Below are positions 30,016 through 38,764 of a stretch of 64,000 nucleotides of DNA, in pieces. Location of the stretch: positions 448,001 through 512,000 of the forward strand of contig CAVZJB010000011.1 of NCBI GenBank assembly GCA_963775425.1, read 5' to 3'. A program made the translations under genes and the position numbers. This DNA is from an uncultured delta proteobacterium. Its GTDB lineage: Bacteria > Myxococcota > UBA727 > VGSZ01. Every line of letters starts with the position of its first letter. The first letter of the stretch is position 1. Under the pieces are notes generated by a model. That model saw nothing but the letters and a program-made list of their open reading frames with translations. It was not told where the DNA came from and did not search any database.

Positions 30016-30806
30016 GCTACGTCCACATCCCGCTCTGGCGCCTGCTCATCGTGCTCGCGCTGGTGCTCACGGCGTCTTTGGCGGTGTCCTGGCGCGCGGG
30101 GCTCGGCCTCGGCAAGGAGCTCGCCATCGGCGTCGCCCGCGGCGCCGTTCAGCTCCTCGCCGTCGGCTACGTCCTCGTCGTGCTCTTCGCCCACGATCTG
30201 CCCGAGTGGGTGCTCTTGATGCTCACGGTGATGCTCCTCGTGGCCGCGTGGACGAGCGCGCGCCGCGTGGAGAGCGGCCCGCCCGTCGCGGTCCTCGTGC
30301 CGCGCACGTGGCTCGCGATCTTCCTCGGCTCGGCGACGGCGCTGGTGCCGGTGTTCGCCCTGGTGGTCACGCCCGATCCGTGGTTCGGCGCGCGCACGGT
30401 GGTGCCCATCAGCGGGATGATCGTCGCCAACGCGATGAACGTCGTCGCCCAGGTGAACGAGCGCCTCTTCGCTACGGCGCGGGCCCAGCGCGCGGAGATC
30501 GAGCAGTGGCTCGCGCTCGGGGCCACGCCCAAGCAGGCGCTCGCGAAGCCCGTGCGCGACGCCGTGCGCGCCTCTTTGATCCCCACCATCAACGGCCTGC
30601 TCACCGTGGGGCTCGTGTCTTTGCCCGGGATGATGACCGGTCAGATCTTGAGCGGTGTCTCCCCCGACGACGCCGTGCGCTACCAGATCGTCATCCTCTA
30701 CCAGCTCGTCACCGTGGCCTCGGTCTCGGGCGGCACCGCCGCCTGGCTCGCGCGCCGCGCCCTGTTCACGCCCGGCGACCAGGTGCGCGCCCTCGGGCCG
30801 AGGTGA
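30012..30806 (+). CDS. fetB: UPF0014 iron-export ABC permease (FetB/YbbM-like)
   Basis: RGAVQL, PISGMIVANAM, LALGAT, GLVSLPGMMTGQILSG, AVRYQI. Confidence 0.88.
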   Translation: MSYVHIPLWRLLIVLALVLTASLAVSWRAGLGLGKELAIGVARGAVQLLAVGYVLVVLFAHDLPEWVLLMLTVMLLVAAWTSARRVESGPPVAVLVPRTWLAIFLGSATALVPVFALVVTPDPWFGARTVVPISGMIVANAMNVVAQVNERLFATARAQRAEIEQWLALGATPKQALAKPVRDAVRASLIPTINGLLTVGLVSLPGMMTGQILSGVSPDDAVRYQIVILYQLVTVASVSGGTAAWLARRALFTPGDQVRALGPR

Positions 30807-31044
30807 GCTCGCCCGCCGCGTCCGCGTCTCGGGCGCCGCCCTACGCAGCGCGGTTTGCAAATCGTCGCACCGTGCGCGTTTCGAACCCATTCGCGACGCC
30901 GGCGTGGGAAGCGCGCCGCTGTGCTCGGCCTTCGCAGCGCCTTCGTTCCTCGTGCCCTCGATCTCTCTCCCATCGCCCGCGGCCCATCCCCGGGGCCGGG
31001 ATTCCGGGGGTTGCCGCGGGCGCGCGGCCTCGTAGCATCCAGGC

Positions 31045-31539
31045 ATGCGCAGCCTCGCCTTCGCCCTCGTCGCGCTCGCCCTGGCGAGCTGTACCCCGCC
31101 CGAAGCCAAGGCCGCCGATGGCCGTTACGTCACCCAGGCGCTCGGCGGCATCGCGATGATCCCCTGGGAGCAGGCCCAGGGCGACTTCACGCAGCTCGCG
31201 CAGCCGGGGGCGCTCACGTTCGTGGAGCTCGCCGGCGTCCACTGCGGCGGCTGCAAGAAGAACATGCTGACCTTCAAGAAGCTCGCGCACGTCCGCCATG
31301 ACGTCGCCATCCGCGTGGTGATGTTCCCGCCGGACGTCTGCGACGACCGCACGACGCCGGAGTGCCGCCAGGCGCAGCAGTGGAGCCGGCAGATCGGCGG
31401 TTGCTACACGCCGACGGTCTGGGCCTTCGCCCCCGACGGCAAGCTGATCGCCCGCGATGACACCTGCAAGGACTCGCGGCCGGGCGCCGGCTTCTTCCAC
31501 GCCTTCGCTGCCCGTGAGCTGAAGCAGTCGGCGAGCTGA
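31045..31539 (+). CDS. Thioredoxin-like lipoprotein
   Basis: LAS-C lipobox; HCGGCK CxxC; YTPTVWAFAPDG (cis-Pro loop). Confidence 0.7.
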   Translation: MRSLAFALVALALASCTPPEAKAADGRYVTQALGGIAMIPWEQAQGDFTQLAQPGALTFVELAGVHCGGCKKNMLTFKKLAHVRHDVAIRVVMFPPDVCDDRTTPECRQAQQWSRQIGGCYTPTVWAFAPDGKLIARDDTCKDSRPGAGFFHAFAARELKQSAS

Positions 31540-31558
31540 CGCCACGGGAACACGTAGA

Positions 31559-31575
31559 CCTGTGGAAACCACAGG
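31559..31575. terminator. Hairpin between convergent genes (possible terminator)
   Basis: cctgtgg-aaa-ccacagg. Confidence 0.4.
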
Positions 31576-31581
31576 GTGTGA

Positions 31582-32400
31582 TTACCTGGGCCGTTCGAAG
31601 ACCACGAGGTGGCTGAAGCCACGCAGCAGGAAGCCCTCCCGCGCCGCCTGGAGCGTCCCCGGACCCCGCTCGAGGGCCTTGCCGTGCCGGATGATGGCGG
31701 CGTGCTCGATCATCTCGAGCCGGTGGTCCTCGGCGAGGGTGGCGAGCTGGAGCCCGAGGGGGTGGAACGCGCGCTTGCCGGCTTTGGCCTGGAGGACGTC
31801 GCAGACGAACATGGCGAGGACGCCGTCGGGGCGCAGCACCCTGCGGGCCTCCTTGATGACGTCGCCCATGGCCTGCCCCCAGGAGCCGTCGGCGGCGGAG
31901 AGCTTGCCGATGCAGGCGGGGTCGTCGGAGTAGCGCAGGTTGTCCGCGTAGGGCGGGTCGAAGAACACGAGGTCGACGCTGCGGTCCTGCAGCGGGAGCT
32001 TCCGGGCGTCGCCGGGCTCGACGTCGGCGCGCGCGGGGGCGAGGTCGAAGCCGCGGCCCTTGCGGCCGAGGTCCTGGCAGACGTCGAGGGTGGTGCCGGA
32101 GCCGCAGAAGGGGTCGACGACGAGGGCGCCGGGCTTGGACCACAGGGTGAGCACCTGCCAGACCACCCACGACGGCGTGGCCCCGCGGTAGCGCTGGCTG
32201 CCCTGCTCGCCGGTGCCGTAGTGCTGCGACGGGTAGTCCCACAAGGTCGTCGTGGCCGGCACGAGCGGCGGCTTCTTCAGCGGCCGGAAGCGCACGTAGG
32301 GGTTCTTGATGCCGGGGCTGTCGCGTGGGGGTGCGCTGCTTTGCGGTCCGGAGCGCCGACGCTCGTGTCCGTGGGCTCGCGGCGGTTTCTGTCGTTTCAC
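31582..32400 (-). CDS. Orphan SAM-dependent amino-methyltransferase (N6A/N4C DNA MTase or Trm11-like)
   Basis: VVDPFCGSGTT (motif I) followed by FFDPPY (motif IV); start at GTG is tentative. Confidence 0.82.
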   Translation of the reverse strand: MKRQKPPRAHGHERRRSGPQSSAPPRDSPGIKNPYVRFRPLKKPPLVPATTTLWDYPSQHYGTGEQGSQRYRGATPSWVVWQVLTLWSKPGALVVDPFCGSGTTLDVCQDLGRKGRGFDLAPARADVEPGDARKLPLQDRSVDLVFFDPPYADNLRYSDDPACIGKLSAADGSWGQAMGDVIKEARRVLRPDGVLAMFVCDVLQAKAGKRAFHPLGLQLATLAEDHRLEMIEHAAIIRHGKALERGPGTLQAAREGFLLRGFSHLVVFERPR

Positions 32401-32427
32401 GCGGCATCTGTATAGCGTCGCGGGAGC

Positions 32428-33696
32428 ATGGAGAAGCGCGAGTTTCTCGTCGTCGGCGCCGGCGTCTCCGGCCTCGCCTTCGCCAACGAGGTGCGGGACC
32501 GCGTGCTGGTGCTCGAGCGCGAGGAGGAGCCCGGCGGCTGGTGCCGCACGGTGAAGCAGGACGGCTTCGTCTGGGACTACTCGGGCCACTTCTTCCACTT
32601 CCGCCGCCCGGAGATCGACGCATGGCTGCGCGAGCGGATGCCCGCGAACAGCGTGCGCACCGTCGAGAAGCGCACGCGGGTGACGACGGTGGCCGGCGAC
32701 GAGGTGGACTTCCCGTTCCAGACGCACCTGCACCAGCTCCCGCAGCCCGCGTTCGTCGCGTGCCTCGCCGACTGGGCCGCGGCCGCGCGGGCGCCGGGCG
32801 CGGGCGCGGGGGCGCGCTCGTTCAAGGACATGCTCGAGCGCCGCTTCGGCCGCGCCGTCTGCGACAGCTTCCTCGTGCCGTACAACGAGAAGGTCTACGC
32901 CACCGACCTCGACCGCCTCGACAAGGACGCCATGGGCCGCTTCTTCCCACAGGCGTCGCTCGAAGACGCGCTCGCGGCGCTCGGCGGCGCGCGGCTGGCC
33001 ACGTACAACGACACCTTCACCTACCCCAAGCGCGGCGCCGTCCAGTACGTGCGCGCGCTGATGCGCGATCTCCCCGAGGGCGCCGTCGCGCTCGGCGAGG
33101 GCGTCGAGCGCGTCGACGTCGACCGGCGCGTGGTCCACACGAAGAAGGGGCGGCAGATCGGCTACGAGCACCTGGTGGCGTCGGCGCCGCTGCCGTCGCT
33201 GTTGCGGGCGTGCGGCGTGGCTCACGACGCCGACGCGTTCACGTCGAACCAGGTGCTCGTGCTCAACCTCGGCTTCGACAGGAAGGGCCGCGACGACGTG
33301 CACTGGATCTACTTCGCGGACCCGGCGCTGTCGTTGTACCGGGTCGGCTTCTACGACAACATCCTCGGCACCGACCGCATGTCGCTCTACGTCGAGATCG
33401 GCATGCCGGCCGGCGCGGACGTCGACGTCGACGCCGCCCGCGCCCGCGCCCTCGCCGACCTCGCCCGCGCCGGCGTCGTCGACGGCCATCGCCTCGTGGC
33501 GTCGCACGCGGTGGTGATGAACCCGGCGTACGCACACATCACGCGGCGGTCGCTCCTCGAGTCCGCGCGCACGCGGGCCGCCCTCGCCGACCTCGGCGTC
33601 CACGCCGTCGGCCGCTACGGCCGTTGGACCTACTGCTCCATCGAGGACAACATCGTCGAGGCCCGCGCGCTCGCCCGCGCCCTCGCCGGTCCCTGA
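32428..33696 (+). CDS. FAD-dependent oxidoreductase (protoporphyrinogen oxidase/UDP-galactopyranose mutase-like family)
   Basis: VVGAGVSGL, PGGWCRT, DYSGHFFH, PYNEK, GRYGRWTY. Confidence 0.85.
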   Translation: MEKREFLVVGAGVSGLAFANEVRDRVLVLEREEEPGGWCRTVKQDGFVWDYSGHFFHFRRPEIDAWLRERMPANSVRTVEKRTRVTTVAGDEVDFPFQTHLHQLPQPAFVACLADWAAAARAPGAGAGARSFKDMLERRFGRAVCDSFLVPYNEKVYATDLDRLDKDAMGRFFPQASLEDALAALGGARLATYNDTFTYPKRGAVQYVRALMRDLPEGAVALGEGVERVDVDRRVVHTKKGRQIGYEHLVASAPLPSLLRACGVAHDADAFTSNQVLVLNLGFDRKGRDDVHWIYFADPALSLYRVGFYDNILGTDRMSLYVEIGMPAGADVDVDAARARALADLARAGVVDGHRLVASHAVVMNPAYAHITRRSLLESARTRAALADLGVHAVGRYGRWTYCSIEDNIVEARALARALAGP

Positions 33697-33741
33697 TCGA
33701 CGACCGCGGCGTTCGACCGCCGCGACGTGCTCACAGCGCGC

Positions 33742-34503
33742 ATGGGCCTCTTCGGCGGACCGCTGAAGGATCTGCGGGCGCACCGCGCGCTGGGCGACCG
33801 TCTGCGCCGCACCGGCAAGCTCGACGAAGCCGCGGCCGCGTATCGCGCCCTGATGCGCGAGCTCGCGGCCGAGGGTTTGAAGCTGCGCGCGGCGGCCGCG
33901 TGCCGGCTCGTCCTCGAGGTCTCGCCGGGCGACATCGAGGCGCGTGAGACGCTCAAGGCGCTCACCGGCGCGGCCGCCGCCGACGACATCACGCTCGAGG
34001 TGCAGCCCACGGACGTCCTCGTCGAGCACCCGAGCGCGCCGCCGCCGCTCCCCGAGGATGACGACCTGCGCCGGCTCATCGCGCGCTCGGCGCGGCTGTG
34101 TGCGGGCGTGCCGGCCGAGGTCGCGGAGGCGGTGGCGCTGGCGTTCGCGCCCGCGGTGCTCCCGGCCGGCAGCCCGCTGATGCGCGGCGGGCGGGACAGC
34201 CCCGGGCTGTACGCGATCGAGGGCGGCGAGGTCGACGTCGTCGGCAGCGACGCCCCCGGCGGCGTCCGCCCCGGCGTCGTCGGCTGCGCGACGCTCCTCG
34301 GTGAGATGAGCGCGCTGCCGGACAACCGCGCGAGCGGCGACGTGCTCGCGCGCACGCCGGTGACGGCGCTGTTCCTCGCGGCCGACGCGCTGGGCGCGCT
34401 GTCCCTCCGACACCCGCCGCTGCGCGCGCGCCTGGACAAGCTCAGCATCTGCCGCCGCGCGCTCGACGCGCGGCTGCGGCCGGACTTCCCGACGCCGCTG
34501 TGA
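33742..34503 (+). CDS. TPR-like plus cyclic-nucleotide-binding domain protein
   Basis: LYAIEGGEVDV, LGEMSAL, RASGDV. Confidence 0.72.
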   Translation: MGLFGGPLKDLRAHRALGDRLRRTGKLDEAAAAYRALMRELAAEGLKLRAAAACRLVLEVSPGDIEARETLKALTGAAAADDITLEVQPTDVLVEHPSAPPPLPEDDDLRRLIARSARLCAGVPAEVAEAVALAFAPAVLPAGSPLMRGGRDSPGLYAIEGGEVDVVGSDAPGGVRPGVVGCATLLGEMSALPDNRASGDVLARTPVTALFLAADALGALSLRHPPLRARLDKLSICRRALDARLRPDFPTPL

Positions 34504-34643
34504 CCCGCGCCGCCCGGCCGGCCCGGCGTTCCAGGTGGAACGTCGGGCCGCGGCGGCGGCGCTGTGCCGGCGCGTCCGGGCGCGACGCGACGCCTGGCGC
34601 GGCGCGTGCGAACCGGCGGGCACACCCCAACGAGGAGCCCGCC

Positions 34644-35129
34644 ATGACCACCACTACCGCCACCGCCCACCTCTCCGCCAAGCCGTCGCTCTTTGCGCCC
34701 GCGCGCCTCCGCCGCGCCGCGCGCGCCGCCGCGGCGCTCGTGCTCGCGTTCCACGGCGCGAGCTGGGCCGTGGCCGGCTTCGTGATGAGCGGCTTCGCGC
34801 TCGCGGCGGCGTTTTCGCCGAGCGCGCTGAGCTTCACGGGCCTCCCCTCCGGCTGGGCGCTCGCGCTCCTCGCGGGCGCCGCGCTGTTCATGCAGGCCGA
34901 GGCCGCGCTGCACGCGCTCGCCGCCGTGCGCATCGGCCGGCCCGGCTGCCTGCGCGTCGTCCTCATGGCGCTCGCGCTGCCCGCGGTGCTCGTCGTCACC
35001 CCGCTGTGCATCGCGTGCGCGCACGGCAAGGGAGCCGAGGCCGCCGTCGGTCTGCTGCCGGGCGTGGCCGCCGTCGCCTTCGTCGCCTGGGTGGCGGCGC
35101 GGTGCTCGCGCGGGGGCCGCCCCTCGTAG
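34644..35129 (+). CDS. Hypothetical membrane protein (about 4 TM)
   Basis: GAGGAG RBS; hydrophobic segments. Confidence 0.6.
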   Translation: MTTTTATAHLSAKPSLFAPARLRRAARAAAALVLAFHGASWAVAGFVMSGFALAAAFSPSALSFTGLPSGWALALLAGAALFMQAEAALHALAAVRIGRPGCLRVVLMALALPAVLVVTPLCIACAHGKGAEAAVGLLPGVAAVAFVAWVAARCSRGGRPS

Positions 35130-35188
35130 CAGCGCTCCCCGGCGCGCCGTCGTCGAAGCGCCCGGCAAACGCCGGGCGCTTCTGCGTG

Positions 35189-36538
35189 TCACGCGTCGCC
35201 GGGATCGGGGCCGGCGAGCTCGCGCACGTGCTTGTCGCGCGGCACCAGGAGCGCGAACAGGCCCCAGGTCACGAGCACGATGCCCGCGTACACGGCGGCG
35301 AGGCCCGGGTTGAACCAGATCATGGCGGCGAGGCACACGACGGCGAGGACGAGCGCGACGCCCGGCACCACGGGGTACAGCGGCGTGCGGTACGGCCGCT
35401 CGAGCGCGGGCTCCTTGCGGCGGAGCTGGAACAGCGAGAGCATCGAGAGCACGTAGAGCGTCAAGGCGCCGAACACGGAGAGGGTGATGATGTCGCCGGT
35501 GTGCCCGGTGAACAGCGCGATGCATCCGACGGCCATGTTGGCGAGGAGCGCGGCCACCGGGGTCTTGCGCGAGGCGTGCACCTCGCCGAGCACGCGTGGG
35601 GCGTAGCCGACGCGCCCGTACTCGAGGATGGCGCGGCTGGCGGCGATGAGGATGCCGTGGAAGCTGGCGACGAGGCCGAGGAGGCCGACGCCGGTGAGCA
35701 CCGCGAACAGCGGGTGGCTGCGGTCGACGACGTGGCTGATGGCGAGCGGCAGCGGGGAGTCGTCGGTGACGGTGGCGCCGGGGTCGGCGTACACGACGCT
35801 CCTCCAGCCGTCGACGCCGACGGCGCCGAACAGGACGATGACCGTGAGCACGACGAGCGTGGCGATGGCCGAGAGGAACCCGCGCGGCAAATCCTTCTGC
35901 GGCGCGCGCGCCTCCTCGGCCACGTTCGCGACGCCCTCGATGGCCAGGTAGAACCAGATGGCGAACGGCAGCGCGGCGAAGGCGCCGCCCCAGCCGTGGG
36001 GCAGCGGATCCTTCGAAAACGCCGCCCACGAGAAGTGCGGGAGCGTGACGCCGCCGAAGACCAGGAGCTCGACGACGGCGAGCACCGTGACGACGAGCTC
36101 GAAGCTCGCCGACAGCTTCACGCCCCAGATGTTCACCAGCGTGAACACGAAGTAGGCGCCGACGGCGACGCCGAGGATGGGCACCGTCGGGAAGAGCTTG
36201 TTGATGTAGCTGCCGATGGCGAAGGCGATGGCCGGCGGCGCGAACACATACTCGACGAGCTGGGCGACGCCGGCGAGGAAGCCGGTGTGGGGGCCGAACG
36301 CCCGCGTGGCGTAGACGAAGGCCCCGCCCGCGCGGGGCAGGGCGCAGGACAGCTCCGCGTAGCCGAGGACGAAGCAGACGTACAGGAGCGTGACGGCGAC
36401 GGTGGCGACGAGCAGCCCGTAGGGGCCGCCCTCGGGGAGGCCGAGGTTCCACCCGAAGTACGCGCCGGAGATGACGTAGCCGACGCCGAGGCCCCAGATC
36501 ATCACCGGACCCAGGGTCCGTTCGAGCTTGTGTGCCAT
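35189..36538 (-). CDS. eat: Ethanolamine permease (APC family)
   Basis: WGLGVGYVISGAYFGWN, YAELS, FAPPAIA, PFAIWFYLAIEG, GLVASFHG. Confidence 0.88.
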   Translation of the reverse strand: MAHKLERTLGPVMIWGLGVGYVISGAYFGWNLGLPEGGPYGLLVATVAVTLLYVCFVLGYAELSCALPRAGGAFVYATRAFGPHTGFLAGVAQLVEYVFAPPAIAFAIGSYINKLFPTVPILGVAVGAYFVFTLVNIWGVKLSASFELVVTVLAVVELLVFGGVTLPHFSWAAFSKDPLPHGWGGAFAALPFAIWFYLAIEGVANVAEEARAPQKDLPRGFLSAIATLVVLTVIVLFGAVGVDGWRSVVYADPGATVTDDSPLPLAISHVVDRSHPLFAVLTGVGLLGLVASFHGILIAASRAILEYGRVGYAPRVLGEVHASRKTPVAALLANMAVGCIALFTGHTGDIITLSVFGALTLYVLSMLSLFQLRRKEPALERPYRTPLYPVVPGVALVLAVVCLAAMIWFNPGLAAVYAGIVLVTWGLFALLVPRDKHVRELAGPDPGDA

Positions 36539-36613
36539 GCGTCGCCGACCCTAGCGCGGCCTGCCCGCGGCCGCGGCCGTTGGCAGCCTCGTCCCCGCCG
36601 GGTACGAACAGGG

Positions 36614-38080
36614 ATGCTCAAGCTCTCCGGCCTTTCGCTCGCGCTCGCGTCGGTCGTCCTCGTCGTGGTCGCCGGCTGCCCGGGCCGCGACCCGACGACG
36701 GCGGAGGGCGAGGGCGAGGGCGAAGGCGAGGGCGACCTGCCGGCGGCGTGCGCGCTCGACACCAACCGCCCCGTCGCCGCCGCGCCGGGCAGCATCTACT
36801 TCGGTACCCGCACGCCCACGCTGGTGCCCCTCGACGCAGCCCAGCAAAACGCGGTGGTCGCCATCAGCGACACCGTCACCGACGGCGCGTTCTGCTCGGG
36901 CACCCTCATCAGCGACGACGTCGTCATGACCGCCGTTCACTGCACCGTCGACGACAGCGCGGTGAGCCTGCGGGTGCTGTTCGGCGCGGACGACCTGCAC
37001 CCCATCCTCACGCTCAACGTCCTCGAAAAGCACGAGACCGACGCCGACACCGACGTCTCCATCCTGACGCTCGAGCACGCCCCGGCCGACGACATCCCCG
37101 TGACGCCCATCCCCATCGCCGTGGACCCGCCCCAAAACGACGACGTCGGCGTGCTCGTCGAAAACGCCGGCTTCGGCGAGAACGAGGACGGCGGGTTCGC
37201 GGGGCGGTTCTTCGTCACCGAGCTGCTCGACGGCTTCGACCGCGCGTTCATCCAGGTGAACGGCGAAGGCCAGCGCGGCGTCTGCTTCGGCGACTCGGGC
37301 GGGCCGAGCTTCAGGGTCACCGCCGCCGGGGACGTGCGCGTCCTCGGGGCGCTGTCGTTCGGCGACGCCGAGTGCACGTTCGTCGACAACTACGCCCGCG
37401 CCGACGCCATCCGCTCGTTCATCGAGGACGTCACCGGGCCCACGCCCGTCGCCGCGTCGCAGGCGTGCCCGGCGGACGTCACGGCGGAGGGATCGTGCGA
37501 CGTGCACCAGGGCATCGCCACGTATTGCGAGGCGGGCGTCGTCGTCCATGACGCGTGCGGCGTCGGCGACATCTGCGGCGCGGACGCGTCGGGCAACAAG
37601 CGGTGCGTCCCCATCGCGGACAACGCGTGCGGCGCCGTCAGCGGCTACGGCACCTGCGACGGCCAGACGCTCACCTGGTGCGACGGCGGCGCGGTGAAGG
37701 AGCGCGACTGCGAGGCGTGCGGCGAGCGGTGCGCGCTGTTGTCGCCGGACGAGGGCTTCAGTTGCGTTCCCTCCGACTGCGGGGACCTCGATCGCCTCGG
37801 CGAGTGCGACGGCGCGGTGTCGAAGTGGTGCGACGCGCTCGGCCAGGTGGTGACCGAGGACTGCGGCGCCGAGGGGACCACGTGCGAATTCCTCGGCGAC
37901 GTCCTCGGCAACTACTGCCTCGACCAGGACGCCTGCCAGGGCTTCGACTACCAGGGCGCCTGCGACGGCACCGTGCTCACGTGGTGCGAGGACAACGCGC
38001 TCAACACCGTCGACTGCGCCGACACCGGCGGCACGTGCATCCACGTGGACGACGCGACCGGCTTCGACTGCTCGCAGTGA
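36614..38080 (+). CDS. Trypsin-like (S1) serine protease lipoprotein with GE linker and Cys-rich C-terminal repeats
   Basis: VAG-C lipobox; CSGTLI, TAVHC, DVSIL, CFGDSGGP; repeats G-x-CDG-x(4)-WC. Confidence 0.9.
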   Translation: MLKLSGLSLALASVVLVVVAGCPGRDPTTAEGEGEGEGEGDLPAACALDTNRPVAAAPGSIYFGTRTPTLVPLDAAQQNAVVAISDTVTDGAFCSGTLISDDVVMTAVHCTVDDSAVSLRVLFGADDLHPILTLNVLEKHETDADTDVSILTLEHAPADDIPVTPIPIAVDPPQNDDVGVLVENAGFGENEDGGFAGRFFVTELLDGFDRAFIQVNGEGQRGVCFGDSGGPSFRVTAAGDVRVLGALSFGDAECTFVDNYARADAIRSFIEDVTGPTPVAASQACPADVTAEGSCDVHQGIATYCEAGVVVHDACGVGDICGADASGNKRCVPIADNACGAVSGYGTCDGQTLTWCDGGAVKERDCEACGERCALLSPDEGFSCVPSDCGDLDRLGECDGAVSKWCDALGQVVTEDCGAEGTTCEFLGDVLGNYCLDQDACQGFDYQGACDGTVLTWCEDNALNTVDCADTGGTCIHVDDATGFDCSQ

Positions 38081-38184
38081 CACCGCGGCGCGGCGGGCGG
38101 TGGGGCGGCGGCCAAAAATTTGGAGCGTGATCGGGCTGCGCCTACCTTGGAGCCGGCCGGAGCAAGCCGGCCCAAGGAGGCTCC

Positions 38185-38301
38185 ATGCTGCCGATTCATG
38201 CCCCCGCTCGCGCCGCCGCCGCGTCCGCCGCGTCCGCCCTCGTCGGTGAGCGCGCCCCTCGAGAGACCGCCGTCGCCGTCGCCGGCGAGAGGCTCGCTTG
38301 A
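38185..38301 (+). CDS. Possible 38-aa small ORF coupled to the downstream gene
   Basis: AAGGAGG just before ATG 38185; its TGA overlaps the TTG start at 38298. Confidence 0.35.
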   Translation: MLPIHAPARAAAASAASALVGERAPRETAVAVAGERLA

Positions 38302-38750
38302 GGGCCACGCCCCGCCGCGCCCGGCGCGCCCCCCCTCCGGCGGCGCGCACCGCGCTGTCCGCGCTCGTGGTCGTCGCCGCGCTGGGCTCGGGGTGCGCGG
38401 CGGGGATCGGCGAGGTGCCGTTCGACGCACCGCCGCCGCCGCCGCTGTCCATCGCCGGGCCGGGGGAGGGGCTCGCCTACACGGCCGCCGACGACGAGGA
38501 CCCCGAGGCGCCGGGCATCCAGATCACGGTGCGCGTCGACGTCGACGACGAGGGCATCCAGCGGGTGGGCTTTTCGTTGCCCCGCGAGGGCCTCGCGCTC
38601 GATGACGTCGTCAGCGAGGATCTCGCCGGCCGCCGCGCGGCGTTCTTCCCCGTGACCCTCGACGCGGCCGCGGAGCACCCGGCGGTGGCGCGCGCGCCCG
38701 GCGTGGAGGTGCGAGCCGTCCTCGTCGCGGCCGTCGACGGCGCGCAGTAA
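38298..38750 (+). CDS. Hypothetical lipoprotein
   Basis: LGSG-C lipobox after a hydrophobic stretch; DEDPEAPGIQITVRV. Confidence 0.6.
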   Translation: MRATPRRARRAPPPAARTALSALVVVAALGSGCAAGIGEVPFDAPPPPPLSIAGPGEGLAYTAADDEDPEAPGIQITVRVDVDDEGIQRVGFSLPREGLALDDVVSEDLAGRRAAFFPVTLDAAAEHPAVARAPGVEVRAVLVAAVDGAQ

Positions 38751-38764
38751 GCTCCCCGAGGATC

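Noticed and set aside
30807-31044. 238-nt intergenic region containing TTCGAACCC (T-loop-like)
   Set aside because: No acceptor, D or anticodon arms could be formed around it.
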